Positions 9,838 through 18,723 of a stretch of DNA of 64,000 nt are shown piece after piece. This DNA is from an uncultured Anaerolineales bacterium. Its GTDB lineage: Bacteria > Chloroflexota > Anaerolineae > Anaerolineales > UBA11858. The position numbers and the translations under genes were made by a program. Numbering within the stretch: the stretch's first letter is position 1; each line of letters starts with the position of its first letter. The stretch spans positions 5,165 through 69,164 of the forward strand of contig CAYQQX010000004.1 in NCBI GenBank assembly GCA_964419495.1. Reading direction: 5' to 3'. The notes below the pieces were generated by a model. It had not been told where the DNA came from. It did not search any database and saw only the letters and a list, made by a program, of their open reading frames with translations.

Positions 9838-11616
9838 CTAGGCCTCTGCTGTTTCGGAGAATGTAGCCCACCGAACAAAGGGATATTGATTTAGTCTATA
9901 GAACCAATTTTCGATTTCGATCAGCCCTTCATCTGATTTTGGCGTCTGCAAAGTTTTTGGTTGAATCATCACGCTGATGCTGAGTAAGGACGGGTAGTCG
10001 TTTCCAGCGGCAATTGATTCAACCAATGCTTCGCTATTCCCCAGGTTTACAATTGTCCCGCTGCCAACGGCGATCAGATTTCCGTCCGGGTCGTGTGAAG
10101 TGTAATCGGCCGCGCTGGCAGGCCGCCAAAGACCAATCGATTCGTCATCATTGCCTGGCGCGTGTCCCGCGCTGCCGCTGAGACCGGAGATGCCCCATAG
10201 GGCTTCAGCCTGCCAGGTAGAGCCGTCGTCGGCAGTGAAAGGCTGCCTAAGGGTGTCAAGTTCGGCGACCAAAAGGCCTGAAGCGACGTCTGTGGGATGT
10301 CCACCGAGCTCGGAGATTCTGGCGGCTGCTTCGGCGCGATCTTCCATGGCGTGGGTGTGAACATCCCATTCTACGCCCATGGCTTCAGTCGCCAGGATGA
10401 TCTCCCCGGCGCGCGGTTCACTTCGTAGCCAGTCAATGTCAGGACCCACTGACCAGCGCATCCCCAGGGAAGTGACCCTCTCAAAGAAATCGAGCAGCGC
10501 CTCGGGATCGGGCCAGGTTTGGCGGTTGTTCTCAATATGCATGGTGCCGGAGATATACAGAAGTGTGTCCTGATCGGTCTGCGTTGTTAGTGATGGCTCC
10601 GTTGTGGTTTGTTCTCCAGTCAGGATTTCCAGGATTGTGGATGCGTTGATCGACGTGACGCGGTCCTGGATCGAGGCAACATACTCCACTGCCGAAACAT
10701 AAGTTGCCCACATCTCATCTTGGGCTTCATCAGGGAGTAATCCTGCTTTATAACTGGTGTCCCAGGGCGGCTTACGGCCATGAGCCAGGTAGACTGTTGT
10801 CCAGGCAGATGATTCAGCGAAGAAGTCATTGTCGTGCATTTTAATGCCCACAAAATAAGGGGCGTGTCCGTTCGATGTCGCCCGGGCTTCTGTTAGAGCA
10901 TTATCTATTACCGAACCAACGTCTTCGCCAATGTACTCGAAGAGTTTCAGATCAACGTGTTCTGGTTTCAGGTATAAACCTTCGAGAGTTTCCCCCAAAT
11001 TGACCGCACGACCGTGGACCAGGGTGAAAGCAGCGCCGAGATCCTTGAATACGCCATAAACCGCTGCAGACAAGGGTTGATCGGGTAGGGTGCTGGCAAC
11101 ATAGGGACTGTATCCTAAATAGTCGGCTAATCCTTGATACCCCCCTGGGTTCGAGGTCGGTTCTCCTGTCGCCAGATTCAACCCATGGGTCTCATAGTCC
11201 ATAATGGTTGCATATTTTTGGTCGAACGTCATCTCGGCCAGATTCATCCAATCGTAATTGCGGTAGTAGGGCTTAGGTGGGCGCACATGGTAAGAGACCG
11301 CAACCATGGGCGATGTTTTCAGCCGCTCCTGGAGATCAGGTGCCTGTGCCCCGTAAACATCAAACATGGTGGTTGTCAGGTAGATGTCTACCGGAATCTG
11401 GTATTCCTCGTGCAAGGAGATGATATTGTTCAGCGCAGTAATACTTTCTTCAGGGTAGGAAAAATCCTGTGTGTTGATGGAAAAAGTGATGTAGGTTTCC
11501 GTGGTCGAATCTGCATCACTTTCTATCTCAGATTGAGCAAAGTCCGTTCCAGTGATATGGGATAGGGCAATTGAGAGTCCGGCTAAAAGTGATACTGCAA
11601 ATAAGATCCTTTTCAT
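9838..11616 (-). CDS. Secreted protein with two tandem deacetylase/GH57-like halves (function unknown)
   Basis: 592 aa with a signal peptide. Both halves open similarly (TYITFSINTQDF.. and LLYISGTMHIENN..). The second half aligns with the C-terminal domain of the edge ORF 1..1679. Confidence 0.5.
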   Translation of the reverse strand: MKRILFAVSLLAGLSIALSHITGTDFAQSEIESDADSTTETYITFSINTQDFSYPEESITALNNIISLHEEYQIPVDIYLTTTMFDVYGAQAPDLQERLKTSPMVAVSYHVRPPKPYYRNYDWMNLAEMTFDQKYATIMDYETHGLNLATGEPTSNPGGYQGLADYLGYSPYVASTLPDQPLSAAVYGVFKDLGAAFTLVHGRAVNLGETLEGLYLKPEHVDLKLFEYIGEDVGSVIDNALTEARATSNGHAPYFVGIKMHDNDFFAESSAWTTVYLAHGRKPPWDTSYKAGLLPDEAQDEMWATYVSAVEYVASIQDRVTSINASTILEILTGEQTTTEPSLTTQTDQDTLLYISGTMHIENNRQTWPDPEALLDFFERVTSLGMRWSVGPDIDWLRSEPRAGEIILATEAMGVEWDVHTHAMEDRAEAAARISELGGHPTDVASGLLVAELDTLRQPFTADDGSTWQAEALWGISGLSGSAGHAPGNDDESIGLWRPASAADYTSHDPDGNLIAVGSGTIVNLGNSEALVESIAAGNDYPSLLSISVMIQPKTLQTPKSDEGLIEIENWFYRLNQYPFVRWATFSETAEA

Positions 11617-11620
11617 TTGT

Positions 11621-12160
11621 TTACATCCTTACTCTTCGCCAGTGAAGAATGGTGCTGCCATCAGTAAATCCAAGGGGAAGCAGCGCGCCAAAAGTGAATA
11701 CCAATAGATTATCGAAGAAAAGAAATATGGCTATCCACCATACCGTGTTCCCCATTGGGTGTAAACTCCACGCGATTATGCCTGTGATTATAGTCAACAG
11801 CATACTGCTCAAGGGCCCACCCCATGCCCTACGGATGTGGACCTCTGGGGGAAGTTTGGGCTCATCTTTGGGGTAGCGCGACATCGCCAATGGCCCAATG
11901 AATAGAATGCCGCTCATGGGATATCCAGTACTTCGGGCGGCAACCGCGTGTCCCAGGTTGTGCCAAAGCTCTGAAGCGAAATGCAGCAGCGTAGCCATAA
12001 ATGCCCCTGCAATGGCACTGCTCAATGGCAAGTGGATCATGAAAATTGCAATCAACCCTAACAGTAGAAAGATGATCAGAAAGGCAATCAATGAAGAAAA
12101 TCTGGCATTGACTTCTAGTCTTATTATCCGTCCTAAATGAATTTTATTCAACATGAGCAA
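11621..12160 (-). CDS. M50 (site-2 protease)-like polytopic membrane protein with HNxxH instead of HExxH
   Basis: 179 aa with multiple TM helices. WHNLGHAVAA sits where M50 has HExxH, and LLPLGFTDGSTIL sits where M50 has the NxxPxxxLDG motif. Confidence 0.55.
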   Translation of the reverse strand: MLMLNKIHLGRIIRLEVNARFSSLIAFLIIFLLLGLIAIFMIHLPLSSAIAGAFMATLLHFASELWHNLGHAVAARSTGYPMSGILFIGPLAMSRYPKDEPKLPPEVHIRRAWGGPLSSMLLTIITGIIAWSLHPMGNTVWWIAIFLFFDNLLVFTFGALLPLGFTDGSTILHWRRVRM

Positions 12161-12183
12161 ATTCCAAGGTTAATTTGATTTGT

Positions 12184-12795
12184 TTAAGCGGGTGGATAGA
12201 TTACATTTTGGTCGGGGTCATCCTGCATATAAAGAACATATATCTTATTGCCAACGGCTTGGGTCTGCGGGTTGAAATTCCAAGATAACCCCTTGCCTTC
12301 ATAATATTTGCCGTGTACTTTGAAGGTATACAAAATTACCCAGGGGTTGCGCCCGTTGATGCTGATGCTGGGATCACGGTAGATGTCAATCACTTCTCCG
12401 ATGGTGGCTTGACCATGCTTGTAAGTGCGAATCTTTCCTCGTACATTTTGGATGCCAAAGTAGAGCATTCCCCCACCGAGTAGGGTAAAAATAGTTCCCA
12501 GGCTTCCGCCAATGACAAGAAAAAGCCACATACCTGGCAAAGTGATCCCAAGGATGGTGAAGACAATGCCCAAAGGAGCACCGACTAAGAGGAATATCAT
12601 GCCTACCAAACTCAGCGCCGATTGGGTGAAGTACATACGGCGTTTGTAGCCTTTGGGAAGTTTGCGCGGTGGAAGCGGCGGCGAAGGGCCGGGATCATCA
12701 CCTATAGGCGGTGTCAATGGGCCGCCACACCTACGGCATTCTAGGGCGTCTTCGGTTGTGCGTTGTTTGCACCAGGGACAGCTTAACGTTTCCAT
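12184..12795 (-). CDS. Zinc-ribbon plus DUF3592-like membrane protein
   Basis: 203 aa. N-terminal CPWC...CRRC, two TM helices, and a C-terminal beta-rich part resembling DUF3592. Confidence 0.55.
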   Translation of the reverse strand: METLSCPWCKQRTTEDALECRRCGGPLTPPIGDDPGPSPPLPPRKLPKGYKRRMYFTQSALSLVGMIFLLVGAPLGIVFTILGITLPGMWLFLVIGGSLGTIFTLLGGGMLYFGIQNVRGKIRTYKHGQATIGEVIDIYRDPSISINGRNPWVILYTFKVHGKYYEGKGLSWNFNPQTQAVGNKIYVLYMQDDPDQNVIYPPA

Positions 12796-12796
12796 A

Positions 12797-13133
12797 TTAT
12801 TTTTCCCAAGGACAGGCGGTTGGTTCCAGCACCGAGGCTGGTTGAGGTGCTACACACATGAATTCTAACAGGGTGCTTAGATGGTCGCGGTTCTCAAGGC
12901 TGGGATTGGTATCGATTTCGATTTCGAATGAATAATAGCCGGGTTGAGTATTGAAAGTGTCGTTCATTTCAAAACTCAAATCCAAGGGATCTCCAGATAG
13001 CGCCGCAGTGCTTTTCCGATGATCCTGCTGGGGGTTGTGGTGCAACCGGGTTGCTGTCTTGATCTGCTTCAGATGGCATGCTGCATGAAACTGCTGCCAG
13101 CAGTAGACAAGTGAACATTATTGATCGCTTCAT
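12797..13133 (-). CDS. Small lipoprotein, reading frame broken by one extra nt
   Basis: ATG at 13133 gives MKRSIMFTCLLLAAVSC (lipobox) and stops at 12969-12971. The track ORF 12797..13045 continues in the +1 frame. The break is compatible with the T4 run at 13012-13015. Confidence 0.45.
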
Positions 13134-13289
13134 ATTGGCCCTCCCGAAATTGATGATGTTATTCTTGATTATTCCAATGGTAAAGGAATCTTGTTCAGAA
13201 ATTGTTTAGGAGATATTTGGAAACTTTTAGGATGCTGTAATGATAATAACGGAAGCTGGATGCGTTTCAGTTTAAGGTATTCTTGTTGG

Positions 13290-13372
13290 CCCCCCTAACC
13301 TCCCAACATTGGGGGGGAAATCACTCCCCCAGACTTGCCCTGAGCTCGTCGAAGGGATTGGGGGATGGGGGG
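13290..13372. repeat. GC-rich palindromic repeat ('cccccctaacc.cccaa' family)
   Basis: Its reverse complement matches 60161-60221 (cccccc.a.cccccaa-cccttcga...ctcagggcaag...ttgggaggttaggggg), with a ~24-nt internal insertion here. Confidence 0.7.
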
Positions 13373-13453
13373 CTTTGCTGGAGTTACTCCAATTGATGAC
13401 CATGGCGAATTAAAGTAATCTCACCCCAAACTGAAATACGCCCCGGAAGCTCT

Positions 13454-14086
13454 TTGACTTGGCCCAGGTGTTGGTATACACTTAGATTGCTAATGTTCTC
13501 CCTACAAACCCAACTCTGGATTTCTGTCTTATCCTTCCTCGTCTTTGGGGGGCTAATCATGTTGTATGTGCGGCACGAATATCTGCAACGCGGCGCATTG
13601 ACCCAATTCGGCGCATTTTTGCAGATCACGGCTTATGGGTTGCAGGTGGTGCTCACCAGTTTTTCTATTTGGGGCACTCTTTGGCCATTGTGGGAAGATT
13701 ACATCCCAGACAATTGGCTTGGAGGATTTCTATTGTTACTCGGGATCCTGGTGTGTGGAATTGCCATCTGGAATTTCAGATCGATGACGCGACTCACGGG
13801 CAGGCGATCCGATCAGCTCGTCGTCAAAGGGTTGTACAAATACTCGCGTAACCCGCAGTATATTGGCTATGGGTTGTTGATCCTGGGGTTTGTGATCAGC
13901 CACTGGTCAGCAACTGCTTGGTTAGCCTTTGCGTCATATTTGCTGCTGGTGGGGGTTACAATTCGGATTGAGGAAGAGCATCTTGAAAATTTGTACGGTG
14001 AAGCATATCGTCAATATTGCCGAAGAGTGCCGCGCTTTATCGGTAGTGTATCAAAACTAGATGATCGAGGAGAAAGAGATGAGTGA
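13454..14086 (+). CDS. Isoprenylcysteine carboxyl methyltransferase (ICMT)/phospholipid methyltransferase family membrane protein
   Basis: 210 aa with multiple TM helices. Contains GLYKYSRNPQYIGYGLLILG...IRIEEEHLENLYGEAYRQYCRRVP. The start may be internal (M at 13493). Confidence 0.8.
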   Translation: MTWPRCWYTLRLLMFSLQTQLWISVLSFLVFGGLIMLYVRHEYLQRGALTQFGAFLQITAYGLQVVLTSFSIWGTLWPLWEDYIPDNWLGGFLLLLGILVCGIAIWNFRSMTRLTGRRSDQLVVKGLYKYSRNPQYIGYGLLILGFVISHWSATAWLAFASYLLLVGVTIRIEEEHLENLYGEAYRQYCRRVPRFIGSVSKLDDRGERDE

Positions 14087-14675
14087 GAAGATTTACTTCA
14101 ATGGGCATGTCTATAACAGCGTCAGCGAAATGGAACCGGACACCCGGCGACTCTATGAAAGATTGGATTCATTTCTCCAAGATCAAAATCGCGATGGCGT
14201 GCCTGATGTGATTCAGGAAGGCGGATTACAGGCCATCAAAGAAGCCTTCAAATTCATGAAAGAGATTTCGTCTGTGAGCCAGGGCGAAAAAACGATGACT
14301 CAGGAGCAAATGGCGATCATCAGAGAATCGGATACGAGCATCACTGTCAACGGCAGGACTTTTCGAGGTGTCGAGGAGATGCCCCCAGAAGTACGTCGAG
14401 TTTACCAACGCGTGGTGGGGAAGGCGAGTGCGGCTACACCAATTAAAACAAGTGAAAGTAATATTTACGATGAGCCCTGGCGCGAGCGAGACCGCGATTC
14501 GTATTTCACCCCTCACGATGATGAGAATATTCAACCCCAATATCGACAATCAAAAACACCAAGCGTGATGCAGCCGGTCACTTCAAACCTGGGCTTGGTG
14601 ATCGCAGCAGTTCTGGCAATCGTTTTTATGGTGATTGGAGCTTTGATTTGGATTTCAGGTGGGAATCTATTTTAG
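14079..14675 (+). CDS. Hypothetical protein with C-terminal TM anchor
   Basis: Track ORF 14061..14675. ATG at 14079 follows GGAGAAAGAG. The single C-terminal hydrophobic helix is LGLVIAAVLAIVFMVIGALIWI. Confidence 0.5.
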   Translation: MSEKIYFNGHVYNSVSEMEPDTRRLYERLDSFLQDQNRDGVPDVIQEGGLQAIKEAFKFMKEISSVSQGEKTMTQEQMAIIRESDTSITVNGRTFRGVEEMPPEVRRVYQRVVGKASAATPIKTSESNIYDEPWRERDRDSYFTPHDDENIQPQYRQSKTPSVMQPVTSNLGLVIAAVLAIVFMVIGALIWISGGNLF

Positions 14676-14947
14676 GAACTTGCTAAGCAGTGGTGAATTG
14701 ATGCAACCCCTAAACAATTACCAGATATCTCGTCATGGTTGTGTTTTAAACCTTATCTTAGTATATTTTTCCTAACATTATTGTAGGTTCTCGCAAGTTT
14801 GTAATTCGTATCACAGTTCGGAATATGATTATAATTATAGTGATGGGTTTTAAAGCAATGGTGGCGAAAACTAATAAGAAACAAAACGCGCTTGGGCATT
14901 TTTCATTTTGGCGTTGGCGGGTTGTTTGATGAACCAATATTCATATC

Positions 14948-15587
14948 ATGGTGTTGCAATCATGTGAACTGTCAAAATCACTGAAAGAAAAAGATATCCT
15001 CTTGAAGGAAATTCATCATTGAGTTAAGAATAACCTCCAGATGGTTTCAAGCTTGTTGAATATTCAATCGATGAAAGTCAAAGATCCGCGCATTTTGGAA
15101 TCTTGAGAGAAAGTCGGAATTGTATCTTATCCATGGCTGTGGTTCATGAGAAACTATATAAATCTGAAGATTTCACACACATCAACCTGATTGAGTACGT
15201 TCGCGACCTGGTGGATATACTGCAAGAAGTTTATCAGCCAGCTAATGAATCTATTGTTTTGATGTGCAGGTTGAAGAAATCTATATGGATATAAACTTGG
15301 CGATACCTTGTGGCATGATTCTCAATGAATTAATTACAAACGCCTTGATTCATGCATTTCCGCATCAAAAAGAGGGTACAATACGAATATATATTAGCCA
15401 TTATGAATACAAAAATGTGCTTACAGTGTGGGATAATGGTGTCGGAATTCCCAATTACGATGAAATAAGTCAACCAGAATCTCTTGGCTTTCAGTTGGTT
15501 TCTACTTTAGTTGATCAAATTGATGGTTCAATATCTATTGAGAGTAAGCATGGTACCAAGATCAGCATAGATCTACCCCTGGAGTAG
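14948..15587 (+). pseudogene. Small soluble HisKA_2/HATPase histidine kinase, disrupted (one TGA, two 1-nt frame breaks)
   Basis: ATG at 14948 gives MVLQSCELSKSLKEKDILLKEIHH, then TGA (15020-15022) where the paralog 16001..17665 has HHRVKNN. Frame breaks lie near 15101-15105 and 15260-15262. The tail (15264..15587) is an intact HATPase_c domain. Confidence 0.7.
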
Positions 15588-15632
15588 CACACATTCTGTG
15601 AACATAAAGTTTTCCCTGCTTCACAGGAGAAG

Positions 15633-16004
15633 ATGATTATGGAATACTTACGAATATTAATTGCAGAAGATGAGGGAATTGTTGCATTAGATTTAAGGTA
15701 TAGTTTGGAAGCTATGGGTTCCCAGGTTGTTGGGGTTGTTTCCAGTGGAAGAGATGCAATATTTCTAGCCGAGAAATATAAGCCTGATTTAGTATTAATG
15801 GATATACGATTACAAGGAGAAATGGACGGAATTGAAGCTGCCAGTGAGATTCTCTCAAATTTTCAAATCCCGGTGATATATCTTACTGCTATGGCTGATA
15901 AAAAAACCATCCAACGTGCGATGGCAACGAATCCAAATGGATTCATCACCAAACCTTTTTCAGAGCAGGAGTTGCGGGCAGCAATAGAAGAGGCCGTAAA
16001 ATGA
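15633..16004 (+). CDS. Single-domain response regulator (CheY-like receiver)
   Basis: 123 aa with ILIAEDE, DLVLMDIRLQGEMDG and a KP motif. Stop overlaps the next start (ATGA at 16001). Confidence 0.9.
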   Translation: MIMEYLRILIAEDEGIVALDLRYSLEAMGSQVVGVVSSGRDAIFLAEKYKPDLVLMDIRLQGEMDGIEAASEILSNFQIPVIYLTAMADKKTIQRAMATNPNGFITKPFSEQELRAAIEEAVK

Positions 16005-17665
16005 CCTGGCAATGGAACTCGCTGTTCGTTCCATTGTTGATTGGCGGGGCAGCTTCTTTTGTAATCGCAATTCATGTCTGGCGTCGGGGAATCATACTTT
16101 CGAAATCAGGGGCATTATTATTAATCGCTTCGGGGTTTTGGATTTTAGGTTCTGCTTTTGAAGTGCTTGGCGGGGATTTAGAAACCAAAATCTTTGCGAC
16201 CAAGTTTCAATATGTGGGAATTTGTTTTGTTACGCCATTGTGGGTAATTATGTCAATTCAGTTATCTGGAAGGGAAAGATGGCTGAGTTCTTTGAGTATC
16301 AGCATTCTCATGGTTATACCCCTTGTAACATTCATATTGGCGATTACCAACGATATGCACGGCTTGATATGGAAAGAAGCCTGGTTGTTCGATGACAACC
16401 CATTTGTGTTGAAATCAAAGGGAATCGTATTTAATGTTCTATTGGTGTATTCATACCTGTTAGCAGGTTTAGGAATTGTTATCACCCTGCTTACCGTAAT
16501 TAAGGCAAGGCGTTTGTACCGTTGGCAGGTAACCGCATTTTTGATTGTTGTGCTTATCCCCATGATAACGCATGCAGCAATAGACAACCTTGGATATTCT
16601 CCGAAATTTGAAATTGAATTGACTCCTTTTGTTATTTCGATTGTTGTCCCGGCGATGACCTTGGGGTTGCTTCGCTGGATGGAGAACAGCATCGTACCCA
16701 TTGCAAGGAATTTGGTTGTAGACAACATGAAAGATGGTTTGATCGTGTTAGATTTTCTTGGCCGGATAGCAGACAGCAACCCTGCTGGTCGAAATTTACT
16801 TACCAAAAGCAATGGCGAGATTCTCGGGAAACCCCTTAAAGAATTGAATTCGGAAATTGCAGCCATTTTGCAAGACGATTTTGCGCAGCAGGAATTCGAT
16901 GTGGAGATCCTGGTTGATGGGCAAATGCGCACTTACAATGCCGAGCGTTCAATTCTCAACCAACATCAAGACCGTTTGATGAGTGACATACTTGTGCTCC
17001 GAGATATAACTGAAAGAGTGCAAGCTGAGAAAAATATCAAAGAATCGCTTGATGAAAAAGATGCCCTGCTTAGAGAAGTGCATCATCGAGTAAAAAATAA
17101 TTTGCAAGTTATAACCAGTTTGCTAAATTTGCAAATTTCGAGCATCGAGAATGAGCAGGTAATATCAGAAATAAAGGAAAGCCAGAATCGAATTTCGTCC
17201 ATGGCCTTCGTTCACGAACAGTTGTATCAGTCGGAAAGTTTGGGACAGGTAGATTTTAAGCGCTATGTGCGGAAATTAGTAAATTATCTTTTTGATGTCC
17301 ATCACAGGATAGGATTAGATGTCGGGGTTGATTTGCAATTGGAGAAGATCACCTTGGACATTGAGAAGGCAATCCCATGTGGATTGATCGTCAACGAGTT
17401 GGTGTCGAATGTGTATAAGCATGCTTTCCCAAATGCAACTACGGGGAATATCAAGCTAAGATTGTGGATGGAGCCGGGAGACATTATCCACTTATTTATT
17501 CAGGATGATGGAATTGGGTTTCCATCAAATTTTGATTCTAAAAATACAACCAGCCTGGGATACCAATTGGTACATTTGTTGGTCACCCAATTAAATGGGC
17601 AGATAGAATTTAATGGTAATGGAGGCACTCAAATTGAGATTTTCTTCCATCATGTAAGGCCTTAG
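16001..17665 (+). CDS. Sensor histidine kinase: N-terminal 7TM sensor, PAS, HisKA_2, HATPase_c
   Basis: 554 aa with about 7 TM helices and a PAS-like region. H-box EVHHRVKNNLQ. The ATPase part contains PCGLIVNELVSNVYKHAF and DDGIGF. Confidence 0.9.
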   Translation: MTWQWNSLFVPLLIGGAASFVIAIHVWRRGIILSKSGALLLIASGFWILGSAFEVLGGDLETKIFATKFQYVGICFVTPLWVIMSIQLSGRERWLSSLSISILMVIPLVTFILAITNDMHGLIWKEAWLFDDNPFVLKSKGIVFNVLLVYSYLLAGLGIVITLLTVIKARRLYRWQVTAFLIVVLIPMITHAAIDNLGYSPKFEIELTPFVISIVVPAMTLGLLRWMENSIVPIARNLVVDNMKDGLIVLDFLGRIADSNPAGRNLLTKSNGEILGKPLKELNSEIAAILQDDFAQQEFDVEILVDGQMRTYNAERSILNQHQDRLMSDILVLRDITERVQAEKNIKESLDEKDALLREVHHRVKNNLQVITSLLNLQISSIENEQVISEIKESQNRISSMAFVHEQLYQSESLGQVDFKRYVRKLVNYLFDVHHRIGLDVGVDLQLEKITLDIEKAIPCGLIVNELVSNVYKHAFPNATTGNIKLRLWMEPGDIIHLFIQDDGIGFPSNFDSKNTTSLGYQLVHLLVTQLNGQIEFNGNGGTQIEIFFHHVRP

Positions 17666-17779
17666 GGAATATGCACAGCACAACATTCAGTTGCATTTAC
17701 CAATAATTCTATGAATGCTCAGGGCGTAATGATCATTTGATTTCTGATAGGAATGCTGATCTAAATGGGAGATATCTTG

Positions 17780-18520
17780 ATGAGCAAAACACGAATTTTG
17801 ATCGTCGAAGACGAAAGCATCATTGCCTTAGATTTAAAAACGCGTCTTGAGAGAATGGGGTATGTGGTTACGGCAATCGCTTCCAAAGGGGAAGATGCCT
17901 TTTCAATAGCTTCAGAAGACAAACCCGATATAGTTTTAATGGATATAAAATTAGCTGGCAAGATTGATGGAATTCAAACCGCAGACCGTATGCGTGAATT
18001 CTTTTCTTTGCCCATAATTTATTTATCTGCTTTTTCTGATGATGCCACTTTGGAAAGAGCAAAAATATCGCAACCCTTTGGTTACATTGTCAAACCCGTC
18101 ACCGATCAGGATTTGCGTTCCAGTATCGAAATTTCGCTTCATAACCACAAAATGCAGCAGCGCATTGAGGAAAGTGAACAATGGCTGACCTCAATGTTAG
18201 ATAGCATCAGTGATGGTGTTATTGCTACCAGCGACAAAATTTACATCAGGTTGATAAATCCTGTTGCTGAAATGCTCACCGGCTGGAATAAAAAAGACGC
18301 CGTTGGATTGCCGATAGACCGCGTTTTGCATTTGTTGAATCCTGAGGACAATCAACCAATATCCAATCTGATTGAAGAAATTTCTACCTGGCACGAGAAA
18401 GATTATATTTTGGTTTCGCGTCAGGGTATGCAAACGCCAATTGGTGCCAAAATTTCAATCATCAAAAATGATCAAGGTATTGTCAATGGAATAGTCGCTG
18501 TCTTCGATGTTGATTATTGA
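17780..18520 (+). CDS. Response regulator, receiver + PAS domain
   Basis: Track ORF 17765..18520. ATG at 17780 follows GGGAGA. Contains ILIVEDE and DIVLMDIKLAGKIDG, with a C-terminal PAS (SDGVIATS...GWNKKDAVG). Confidence 0.85.
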   Translation: MSKTRILIVEDESIIALDLKTRLERMGYVVTAIASKGEDAFSIASEDKPDIVLMDIKLAGKIDGIQTADRMREFFSLPIIYLSAFSDDATLERAKISQPFGYIVKPVTDQDLRSSIEISLHNHKMQQRIEESEQWLTSMLDSISDGVIATSDKIYIRLINPVAEMLTGWNKKDAVGLPIDRVLHLLNPEDNQPISNLIEEISTWHEKDYILVSRQGMQTPIGAKISIIKNDQGIVNGIVAVFDVDY

Positions 18521-18723
18521 TACGAATAAATAAAATGCGATTAAAATCATTTGGGTACTAATCTGAGAGCACAAACATAAATACAGTGATTGAATTGGCG
18601 ATAGCTTGATGTGGGGATAAGCCCGCATGGTGTTCGTGCAATGCTTTCCAAAGTGGTTCAATGACGGGCAATAAATCGCAATTTGCGTTGACAATAACGA
18701 TTTCAACTTGGGGAGCAATCAAC

